Of a stretch of 64,000 nucleotides of DNA, positions 27,320 to 35,383 are shown piece after piece. Positions within the stretch are counted from its first letter, which is position 1, and each line of letters starts with the position of its first letter. A program made the translations under genes and the position numbers. Source of the stretch: an uncultured virus (IMG/VR IMGVR_UViG_2928819513_000009) (taxonomy: Duplodnaviria > Heunggongvirae > Uroviricota > Caudoviricetes); IMG/VR virus record IMGVR_UViG_2928819513_000009, positions 1 to 64,000 of that record; one strand, given 5' to 3'. The notes below the pieces were generated by a model, which saw nothing but the letters and a program-made list of their open reading frames with translations, made no database searches and was not told where the DNA came from.

Positions 27320-28210
27320 ATGCGAATGAAGCGATTCCTCGTGTCCGCCCTGCTGGCGCTTGCCGCCATTGGCGCGGCTGTGCCGGCGGCGGGCGCTGCT
27401 GACCTGCCGGAACTCCGGATCTGCACCGGCTCGAACAAGGGCAACTACTTCTACGCCGGCTCGGAAATCGCCCGTCAGGCGAAGGGCTCGCTGGCGGTGC
27501 AGGTGGTGGAGACCGCCGGCAGCATCGACAATCTGCGCCAGCTCGACGACGGCAAATGCGATGCCGCGCTTGTCCAGTCCGATGCCTACGGCGTCTACAA
27601 GGACCGAAACCCGTCCTCCGCTCTGGCGCTGGTCCGCATCGGCTCGCTGTACCGCGAGTTCGCGCATCTCCTGTGCAACAAGGCCTCTGGCATCGATTCG
27701 GTGAAGGATCTGCGCAGCAGCAAGGTGAAGCTGCTCACCGGCGATGCCGGATCCGGTTCCGAGGTCACCTGGGCGACCTGGGTGAAGATGGACAAGGACT
27801 ACACCAAGGCGGCAACCGACCGCGTCGGCGGAACGCAAGCCGTTCTGCGCATCCGTGACGGCGCCGAGGCCCAATGCGCCCTGTTCATCAACGGCCTGAA
27901 CTCGCCCCTGATGCGGCAGGTCAACGACCAGGCCGGCGACCGAGTGAAGCTCGTGGCGGTAAAGGATGGCGACTTCGCATCGGTCAAGGATCCGGGCGGA
28001 AACACGGTCTATACGAAGGAGGACATCCCCGGCGGCGCCTATAAGAATCTACAGTCCGGTTTCTTCTCGTCGGCGGTCCCCACGCTCGCGGTCGATGCCC
28101 TGGTGGTGCTGCGGTCCGACTGGGCGGAACGGAACAAGCGTGGCCTCGACGAGCTGTCGGACGCCGTGCTGCGGGCCTCGCCGAGTATCCGCCAGAAGGT
28201 CGGCGGCTGA
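27320..28210 (+). CDS. TAXI-family TRAP solute-binding protein (orphan)
   Basis: Signal peptide; ICTGSNKGNY, TAGSIDNL, ALVQSDA, LYREFAHL, GSGS motifs; AAGGA RBS. Confidence 0.88.
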   Translation: MRMKRFLVSALLALAAIGAAVPAAGAADLPELRICTGSNKGNYFYAGSEIARQAKGSLAVQVVETAGSIDNLRQLDDGKCDAALVQSDAYGVYKDRNPSSALALVRIGSLYREFAHLLCNKASGIDSVKDLRSSKVKLLTGDAGSGSEVTWATWVKMDKDYTKAATDRVGGTQAVLRIRDGAEAQCALFINGLNSPLMRQVNDQAGDRVKLVAVKDGDFASVKDPGGNTVYTKEDIPGGAYKNLQSGFFSSAVPTLAVDALVVLRSDWAERNKRGLDELSDAVLRASPSIRQKVGG

Positions 28211-28368
28211 TGAGGCGAGCCCTTCGTCTGGCGGGCGCGTTCATGGCCGCTGCGGTGATCGTCGTCGGTGATCTGACGTCCGGTCGGCTCATGTCGGCGA
28301 TCGTCGATGCCAGCCTTCTGGCTTGCGTCTTCGTCCTGCTGGTGCCGATGGCGCTGAAGCCGGCCTGA
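28210..28368 (+). CDS. 52-aa two-TM membrane peptide coupled to the TAXI gene
   Basis: TGATG coupling; MRRALRLAGAFMAAAVIVVGDLTSGRLMSAIVDASLLACVFVLLVPMALKPA; below the ORF-track cutoff. Confidence 0.7.
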   Translation: MRRALRLAGAFMAAAVIVVGDLTSGRLMSAIVDASLLACVFVLLVPMALKPA

Positions 28369-28475
28369 CGAGTCGATGCTGGGCCCGGAGCGCACCCCTC
28401 CGGGCCGGCATGGCAAAACCGACCACGCGAGCCGGTTTTGCCATGCTGAACAACTTTCTCCGATAGAGGTCGCAC

Positions 28476-29285
28476 ATGACCCGACTGAAGAACCTCCCCG
28501 GCGTCAAAACCAACAACCTGTTCGCTGTCCCGCCAGCCATGCTGGTCGAGGACGAGGGCTTCAACATTCGTCTGCGGAATGACGAATACGAGCTGACGAT
28601 CGAGGAGTACACCGCCCTTTTCCTCGCTGGTCATCGTCCGCCACCGCTCATTATCTGGAAGCGCGACGACGATCTTGTGCTGATCGATGGGCACCTCCGC
28701 CGACGTGCTGCGCTGCGCGCCATCGAGCGTGGCGCGCCAGCCGACATGACGGTCGACATTGTCCATTTCACCGGCAATGACGCCGATCGGGAAGCCCTGA
28801 TGCTCCGCTCCGGGCTGAAGCGCGGCTGGCGACCCGAGGAGCTCGCAGCGGGCTACAAGCGCCTGATGGGCTACTGGAGCGACGTGAAGCGCGTCGCCGA
28901 AGCGGTCGGTAAATCCGAGAGCCATGTGCGGGACATCCTGACTCTCGCGACTGCCGACACGGCGGTCCAGGACATGGTGAAGGCGGGCGGCGTCACCGCG
29001 TCGGCGGCGATCAAGGTGGTCCGAAAGGAGGGCCACAAGGCCGCCGCGGTGTTGAAGGAAGCGTCGGATCGCGTGAAAGCGGCCGGGGGAACCAAGGTGA
29101 CGAACAAGCACCTGTCCTCGGCGCAGGGGCTGGATGCGCGCACGCTCCGTCCGCTGCTTCTGAAGCTGGCCGAGGAGGTGAAGGGGCAGGTCGACCCCGA
29201 CAGCCAAGCCGATTTCAGTGAGACGCAATTCTCCGTTGCTGGATCGACGCTCCAGCCGATTTTCGAACTGCTCGGGGAGAGGTGA
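28476..29285 (+). CDS. ParB/Srx-like N-terminal domain protein with HTH
   Basis: GFNIR, LVLIDGHLRRRA, VAEAVGKSESHV. Confidence 0.8.
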   Translation: MTRLKNLPGVKTNNLFAVPPAMLVEDEGFNIRLRNDEYELTIEEYTALFLAGHRPPPLIIWKRDDDLVLIDGHLRRRAALRAIERGAPADMTVDIVHFTGNDADREALMLRSGLKRGWRPEELAAGYKRLMGYWSDVKRVAEAVGKSESHVRDILTLATADTAVQDMVKAGGVTASAAIKVVRKEGHKAAAVLKEASDRVKAAGGTKVTNKHLSSAQGLDARTLRPLLLKLAEEVKGQVDPDSQADFSETQFSVAGSTLQPIFELLGER

Positions 29286-29288
29286 GCT

Positions 29289-29555
29289 ATGGGTTGGGGA
29301 TACGGCACCAACAGCGAAGGTCGGGAGGTCGGTTACACCGTCGAGGCGACGTGTGACTTCCCCGGCTGCGAAGCGAAGATCGACCGCGGCCTGGGCTACG
29401 CCTGCGGCGGCATGCACGACCGCTCCGATGATCCAGGCGACGGTCCGCGTTGTGGCGGCTACTTCTGCGCGGAGCACCGCTACACCCACACGCGCGGGCC
29501 CGACGGCGACGCGTGCCGTGCGAATGATGACGCAGAGGAGGATGAGGCGGAATGA
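29289..29555 (+). CDS. Cys/His-rich phage hypothetical protein
   Basis: GYTVEATCDFPGCEAKIDRGLGYACGG...CGGYFCAEH. Confidence 0.75.
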   Translation: MGWGYGTNSEGREVGYTVEATCDFPGCEAKIDRGLGYACGGMHDRSDDPGDGPRCGGYFCAEHRYTHTRGPDGDACRANDDAEEDEAE

Positions 29556-30040
29556 GCGCGGATTCCATGTTCCCTATCCTCTATGCGGGCCGCCGTCCCG
29601 CTGACGTCCCGAAGGGAATTCCTTGGCGGATCGTCAGCGCTCACGAGAAGCAGGCAGTGGCCAACCACAGCCAGACGCTGGAACGGCTTGCTCATCGTGG
29701 TGGCCTGTGCCCGACCGAGCTGGTTGCCGTCCTTGAAGATCGACCATGGCGCCGGATGGATCTGGAAGTTGCGATTAAGCAGATACAGAACCTCTGCTTG
29801 GCCTTCGAGGCGGGCAGGGGAGACGCGCGCCACCTTGAAGTCCTCCGCATGATCGCGCTGCGCTATGGGCCAACCATCGGCCTCGACGACTGCATCGCCC
29901 TGGCGGCTGAGGTTCTCGCTGATCGGGGCGAGCTGCTGATGGTCTGCGGGCGTCCGCCGCTTGGTTTGGATGCGGCCATGAAGCTTGACCCAATCGCCGC
30001 TCGACAAGGGCGCATTCCAGCCATGGAGGCAACGTCATGA
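29552..30040 (+). CDS. Hypothetical protein
   Basis: HEKQAVANHSQTLERLAHRGGL; coupled ORF. Confidence 0.65.
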   Translation: MSADSMFPILYAGRRPADVPKGIPWRIVSAHEKQAVANHSQTLERLAHRGGLCPTELVAVLEDRPWRRMDLEVAIKQIQNLCLAFEAGRGDARHLEVLRMIALRYGPTIGLDDCIALAAEVLADRGELLMVCGRPPLGLDAAMKLDPIAARQGRIPAMEATS

Positions 30041-30534
30041 CCACCCGTCACATCTTCATTTCCGGCCCGGCACAATCTGGGCGAACGACCGCGGCGATTG
30101 CCATGGCGAACGCCATGCATGACCAAGGAATCTGCACCACGTTCGTTTCGCCATGCCCGATGATGGCTGACTTTCTCCGATCGTCAGCACGCCGGCCGCG
30201 CTGCCGCATCACGCACGCATCGCCTAATGCTCTGCCGGCCATTCCGGCTGGATGCTTCGTCGTGGACGATGCCGAGCGCCTCGAAGCGCCGGGCGACATC
30301 GTCCGGGTTCTGATTCATCGTCAGATGACCTACCGCCTTCCCGTCATCGTTTGGGCGGTGCGGCAGGATGCGCTGGATAGGTTTCAGGAACTCATTGCCG
30401 AGGTTGACCCCGAGGGATTCGGCGTGGATGAGCGGCGGTTGGAGCAGGCGTTGGCGGCAATCGCGTCGCGAGACTTCTCCGCCCTGACATATCAGGATCT
30501 CCAGCTGACGGGGAGTGCGGCGAGTGATTCCTGA
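30037..30534 (+). CDS. Small P-loop-like protein (possibly degenerate)
   Basis: IFISGPAQSGRTT and FVVDDAE. Confidence 0.5.
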   Translation: MTTRHIFISGPAQSGRTTAAIAMANAMHDQGICTTFVSPCPMMADFLRSSARRPRCRITHASPNALPAIPAGCFVVDDAERLEAPGDIVRVLIHRQMTYRLPVIVWAVRQDALDRFQELIAEVDPEGFGVDERRLEQALAAIASRDFSALTYQDLQLTGSAASDS

Positions 30535-30958
30535 AGCAACGCGGTCGGTCTCCGATGCGGCGGTTCAATCGCTTGCCGCAGACCACATCATCGACACATC
30601 AAGGGGCTGTGATCTCCGCAATGGACCGGACTCCAACTTGGCGGTTCAGTGGAGCAATTTCCGAGTGCGCATCTCGGGATGCGGGGTGAAGCGCTCAAAG
30701 AGACGCCTCACCCTCATGTCGGCGCTCGCAACGGGCTGGCTGCCTTGGGGTGTTCGGTGGAATGAGAAGGACGGCTTTTCCCACCTCCCGCTTTGCGGCC
30801 GGGAGTATGTTTTATGCTGCGGCCATGCCCTGAAAGCGAAGGAGGCTCAAGCCTTTGTTGATGCCGGACTGTTGATGGCTGGGCCACCCGATACCCACCG
30901 CCGCCCGACGTTGATCATAACGACCGCCGGCAGGGAATGGCTGTCGCTGAACTGGTAG
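30524..30958 (+). CDS. Hypothetical protein
   Basis: Operonic ORF before terL. Confidence 0.45.
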   Translation: MIPEATRSVSDAAVQSLAADHIIDTSRGCDLRNGPDSNLAVQWSNFRVRISGCGVKRSKRRLTLMSALATGWLPWGVRWNEKDGFSHLPLCGREYVLCCGHALKAKEAQAFVDAGLLMAGPPDTHRRPTLIITTAGREWLSLNW

Positions 30959-30969
30959 TTCTCACCGGC

Positions 30970-33009
30970 ATGAACCAGATCACACAGCCTGCCCAGGAAC
31001 TCCTGTCTCGCTGGGCCGGGCTGCTGCGCCCGCCGCCCAAGCGCTTCACCGACGAGTGGGCGGTCGATAGCGTCGAACTCCCGCCGACCTCGGGCATTCC
31101 CGGCCCCTACGACCCCTCGCACACGCCCTACGTGGTCCCGATCATGCGCGCCTTCGACGAGCCGCGCTGGAAGATGATCGTCGTCGTCATGGGCTCGCAG
31201 ATGGGCAAGACGCTGGCCTTCGCCATCGTGATCGGGCGTCGCATGGATGATGATCCGGTGCCCTGCATGTATGTCGGCCCGGACCGCAACTTCGTCGAGG
31301 ACACCTTCGAGCCGCAGCTCATCCAGCTGATCAAGTCATCCAAGAGCCTGACGAAGAAGACGATCTGGGGCAAGGCCAACAAGAAGGTCCGGAAGATCAT
31401 CAACGGTGCGGTGCTGCGCCTGGCCTGGGCCGGATCGGCCTCGCAGCTCGCCGGTCAGCCCGCCGGCCTGGTGCTGGTCGACGAGCGCGACCGCATGGGC
31501 GACGACGTGAAGGACGAAGGTGATCCGGTCACCCTCGGCGATGCCCGCCTGAACTCCTACGCCAACGGCAAGCTGGGTGTTATCTCCACGCCGCTCGAAG
31601 GGTCGGTCGAAACAGAGGAGCATCCCGAGACCGGGATCGTCCATTGGAAGGTGGTGGATCCGGATGATCTGACCAGCCCAACCTGGAAACTGTGGCAGGA
31701 GGGAACCCGGTTCGAGTGGGCTTGGCCGTGCCCTTACTGCAAGGAATACTTCATCCCGCGGCTGAGCCTGCTGAAGTGGGCGAAGCCGAAGGACGGACGC
31801 AAGGTCACGCCGGCCGAGGCGCAGCGGTCCGCCCATCTGAGCTGCCCCAATCCGGAATGCGAGTGCAACACCGACGGCTTGGTGATTGAGGACAAGCACA
31901 AGGCTTGGATGAACAAGCGCGCGCGCTACATCGCCCCAGGCCAGCAGGTGCTGCCGGACGGCACCGTGGTCGGTGATCTGCCGGACACCGACATCGCCAC
32001 CTTCTGGGTGTCAGGCCTCGCCTCGCCCTTCGTCAGCTGGGGCGACCGGGCCAAGAAGTTGGTCGCCGCCTACCGGTCGAAGAACCAGAAATCCATCAAA
32101 GCCGTCATCAACACCGGTTTCGGCGAGCTCTATCGGCACTCTGGCGCTGCACCGAAACATGACGTCGTGCTGGCCAGGAGGCTGCCCTACGCCATGGGCG
32201 AGGTGCCTTACGGCGTGCAGAAGATCGCGATGACCGTCGACGTCCAGAAAGACCGGCTTTACGTCGTCCACCGGGGCTGGGGAGCGCGCTGGGAATCATG
32301 GCTGATCAAGGCGACGGTCCTGTTCGGCGAGACTGACCAAGATGCGGTCTGGAACGATCTGGCTGACCTGCTGGAGGCCGACTTCCAGGGCTTCAACGTC
32401 TCCCTCTGCCTCATCGACTACGGTTACCGGCCGGGCGACAAGGAGAAGCGACCGACCCACGCTGTAGCCGATTTCTGCCGGCGGTTCGGTTTCCATCGCG
32501 CCCGCCCGATCCAGGGCAAGGACCAGCTCACTCGACCGATCATGTCGTTCAAGCTCGACGTCGACGGCCGGGGGCGAACCCGCAGCTACGGTGTTCAGGG
32601 GCACCACCTCGATTCCGACGTGTTCAAGACCTGGGTGCATGGTCGGTTGGAATGGCCAGCGGACCAGCCGGGCGGCTGGCACCTGCCGGAGGACATTGAT
32701 GAGGATTACGCCCGCCAAGTGGTTGCCGAAAGCCGCATGGCGCTCCCCTCGGGCAAGGGGAAATGGGTGCCACATTCGAAGGACAACCATTATCTCGATT
32801 GCGAGATGATGCAGCGGGCAGCGGCAGAACTGATGGGCGTCGGGACAATGAAGCCATTACCGGAGCAGTGCCAGGAGTCTGATCCTGAAGACGGGGATGG
32901 CAAGGGGCGATTGCAGCTTGCTGGAAATCGGGGGGGGCAGGAGGAGGCGGCGTCAGTACGAAAGAATGAGTGGCTTGGGGGCGCACGCAAGGACTGGTTA
33001 CGACGGTAG
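30970..33009 (+). CDS. Terminase large subunit, lambda GpA family
   Basis: GSQMGKT Walker A, VLVDERD, ISTP, CPYC, TVDVQ, NHYLDC. Confidence 0.95.
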   Translation: MNQITQPAQELLSRWAGLLRPPPKRFTDEWAVDSVELPPTSGIPGPYDPSHTPYVVPIMRAFDEPRWKMIVVVMGSQMGKTLAFAIVIGRRMDDDPVPCMYVGPDRNFVEDTFEPQLIQLIKSSKSLTKKTIWGKANKKVRKIINGAVLRLAWAGSASQLAGQPAGLVLVDERDRMGDDVKDEGDPVTLGDARLNSYANGKLGVISTPLEGSVETEEHPETGIVHWKVVDPDDLTSPTWKLWQEGTRFEWAWPCPYCKEYFIPRLSLLKWAKPKDGRKVTPAEAQRSAHLSCPNPECECNTDGLVIEDKHKAWMNKRARYIAPGQQVLPDGTVVGDLPDTDIATFWVSGLASPFVSWGDRAKKLVAAYRSKNQKSIKAVINTGFGELYRHSGAAPKHDVVLARRLPYAMGEVPYGVQKIAMTVDVQKDRLYVVHRGWGARWESWLIKATVLFGETDQDAVWNDLADLLEADFQGFNVSLCLIDYGYRPGDKEKRPTHAVADFCRRFGFHRARPIQGKDQLTRPIMSFKLDVDGRGRTRSYGVQGHHLDSDVFKTWVHGRLEWPADQPGGWHLPEDIDEDYARQVVAESRMALPSGKGKWVPHSKDNHYLDCEMMQRAAAELMGVGTMKPLPEQCQESDPEDGDGKGRLQLAGNRGGQEEAASVRKNEWLGGARKDWLRR

Positions 33010-33138
33010 GCGGAATTTTTCCGGCACCACTACATATCAGTATATGCATAAAATTATAATGGATGTCGCACCAATTTTTGCTCAATATCCACACACCAAC
33101 CAGGGACACTCTGCTAAACGGGGTCCATCGCAACATGC

Positions 33139-33360
33139 TTGGGGATGCAAATGCAGCCGGCTGTGTTGTCAAGAGTCCTCGGTCCCATTGCGACGGCCGC
33201 AGCGGGAGCCGCTTCCACTATCACCATAAGCGCCGGTTCGACCGTGATCACCATTACGGGTGCTGCGGCCACATGGGCAGCCGTCGCGACTGGCGTCGGC
33301 GCTGTCGCGGTCGGAACCGTCGCCTTGTGCATTTGGGCGAAGAAAATGAGCAAGGACTGA
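33139..33360 (+). CDS. Small Ala/Thr/Gly-rich membrane protein (moron)
   Basis: AT-rich upstream region with TATAAT at 33055; hydrophobic C-terminus plus KK tail; hairpin at 33460-33492. Confidence 0.5.
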   Translation: MGMQMQPAVLSRVLGPIATAAAGAASTITISAGSTVITITGAAATWAAVATGVGAVAVGTVALCIWAKKMSKD

Positions 33361-33544
33361 ACCTGATCACCGATGGCTGGCACTGTCACGCGCGTTTCGT
33401 CTTGCCCAGCTAAGATCAAGGTGGTACATAGGTTATGGTGGCTGTAATTGGCCGCTGAGCGAAGGCCGCTTCCGCAAGGATCGCGGCCTTCGTCGTTTTC
33501 AGGCGATCCGAAATCGCCGCTCTTCTCGAAAAGCGAGGCCATCC

Positions 33545-33763
33545 ATGGCCCTGTCTCAAGCCTTCCTGGACAAGCTCGTTCAGGCGTGGGCCACCGGTGC
33601 GCGCCGTGTCGAGTACAACGGCGTGGTCACGGAGTTCATCAGCGGCACGGACCTGGAGCACCGCATCGCCACGACGGCGAATGCGCTCGGCGTCCCGAAC
33701 CCGCTGGCCGCCGCTAGCCGGGCAGCGCGCGCTCCATCCATCCTCCTGCAGTTTCGCCGGTAG
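33545..33763 (+). CDS. Head-tail joining protein (gpW-like)
   Basis: ATGARRVEYNG motif; position before portal. Confidence 0.75.
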   Translation: MALSQAFLDKLVQAWATGARRVEYNGVVTEFISGTDLEHRIATTANALGVPNPLAAASRAARAPSILLQFRR

Positions 33764-33769
33764 GCAGCC

Positions 33770-35362
33770 ATGAAAGCGAACTGGCTTGATCGCGCCATCG
33801 GGGTGGTCTCCCCGCGGGCGCAGCTCCGACGTATGCGCGATCGGGCTGCGGTCGAGGTGCTGGCGCGCGCCTATGACGCAGCCAAGCCGGATCGGCGACG
33901 TGGTGGCCGCAGGCCGCCGAGCACTGGGGCAAATGCGGAGAGCTGGTCGTCGCTGCGCGTGCTCCGGGCGGCGTCTCGCGAGGCTATCCGAAACTCAGGG
34001 TACGCCCGGAAGGCCAATCGGACCCTTGCCACCAAGCTGGTCGGCACCGGGATCACCCCCCGCGCCGCCACCGGCGACGAGAAGCTCGACAAGGAGATCA
34101 ACGACGCCTTCGCCATCTGGTCGAAGGAGTGCGATGCGTCGGGGACCCACGACTATTTCGGCCTTCAGAAACTTGCCGCCTTGTCGTTCTTCGAAAATGG
34201 GGAGGCCTTGGCTCGCCGTCGTCGCCGGTTCAAGAGCGACGGCCTGCACGTGCCGTTGGAAATCCAGCTGCTCGAACCGGACCACCTGGATGAGCGCCGG
34301 AACGAGATCCTGAGCGATGGGATGATCGTTCAAGGCATCCAGACCGGAAAGGGTCGTGAACGGCGCACCGCCTACTGGCTGTTCCCGTACCATCCTGGCG
34401 AAACGGTGGGCGGGTTGACGCCGTTCAAATCGGAATCCGCCGCGGTTCCCGCGGCGGATATCGCTCATTTCTATGACAAGATCCGCATCGGTGCGCAGCG
34501 CGGCGTGCCGTGGCTGGTCGCGGTCCTGATCGCGCTGGAGGACATCGGCGATTACCGCATCAGCGAGCAGATGCGTAAGAAGCTGGAGGCGTGCTTCGTC
34601 GGCGCCGTGATCGGCGATGATTCGTCAAATGCGGACCCGACCCTCGGGCCGCGTGCGCTCGACGCCGAAGGCAATCTGGTCGAGAGCGTTTCGCCCGGCA
34701 TGTTGTTCCGTGCCACCGGCGCAAAGCAGGTCCAGTTCCACCAGCCGACCACGAACCCCGATTATCCAGGATACATGAAGTCCGAGCTGCGCGGGATCGC
34801 GGCCGGCGCCTGCATGACCTACGAGCTGCTGACCTCGGACCTCAGCGACGTCAACTTCAGCAGCTATCGAGCGGGGCTGAACGATCTCCACGAGATGATC
34901 GGGCAGCTTCAGTGGCTCGACTTCATCCCAATGTTCTGCGAGCCAACGTGGAAGTGGTTCATCGACGCGGCCTTCCTCGCAGGTCGGATCAGCCGTCGCC
35001 ACTACGGCGTGGAGTGGGAGCCGCCGAAGTTCGTCAGCGCCGACCCGCTGAAGGACTTTCTCGCCGATCTTGGCGAAGTGCGCGCCGGTTTCCAGGCCCC
35101 GCAACAGGCAATTGCGCGGCGCGGCTACAACCACCGCAAGGTTCTGGCGGACCACATCGCTTGGAAGACTGCGGTGGACGAAGTCGGGCTCGTCTTCGAC
35201 ATCGACGCCGCCAAGGTCACCAAAACTGGCGCCGCGAACGGAATCGAAGCCGGAGGGACCGACCGCGCCATGCGCATCGCGCGCGTCGCCCTCGACATCC
35301 TTGAGGCCGAGGGAGATCCCGACGCCGCCACTCTCCGCGCCTTGATCAACGGGCGCGTCTAA
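33770..35362 (+). CDS. Portal protein, lambda family
   Basis: YDAAK...LVGTGI...QLLEPDHL...QRGVPW...YELLTSDLSDVNFSSYRAG. Confidence 0.95.
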   Translation: MKANWLDRAIGVVSPRAQLRRMRDRAAVEVLARAYDAAKPDRRRGGRRPPSTGANAESWSSLRVLRAASREAIRNSGYARKANRTLATKLVGTGITPRAATGDEKLDKEINDAFAIWSKECDASGTHDYFGLQKLAALSFFENGEALARRRRRFKSDGLHVPLEIQLLEPDHLDERRNEILSDGMIVQGIQTGKGRERRTAYWLFPYHPGETVGGLTPFKSESAAVPAADIAHFYDKIRIGAQRGVPWLVAVLIALEDIGDYRISEQMRKKLEACFVGAVIGDDSSNADPTLGPRALDAEGNLVESVSPGMLFRATGAKQVQFHQPTTNPDYPGYMKSELRGIAAGACMTYELLTSDLSDVNFSSYRAGLNDLHEMIGQLQWLDFIPMFCEPTWKWFIDAAFLAGRISRRHYGVEWEPPKFVSADPLKDFLADLGEVRAGFQAPQQAIARRGYNHRKVLADHIAWKTAVDEVGLVFDIDAAKVTKTGAANGIEAGGTDRAMRIARVALDILEAEGDPDAATLRALINGRV

Positions 35363-35383
35363 CCTCAACCAGCGGAGACCTTT

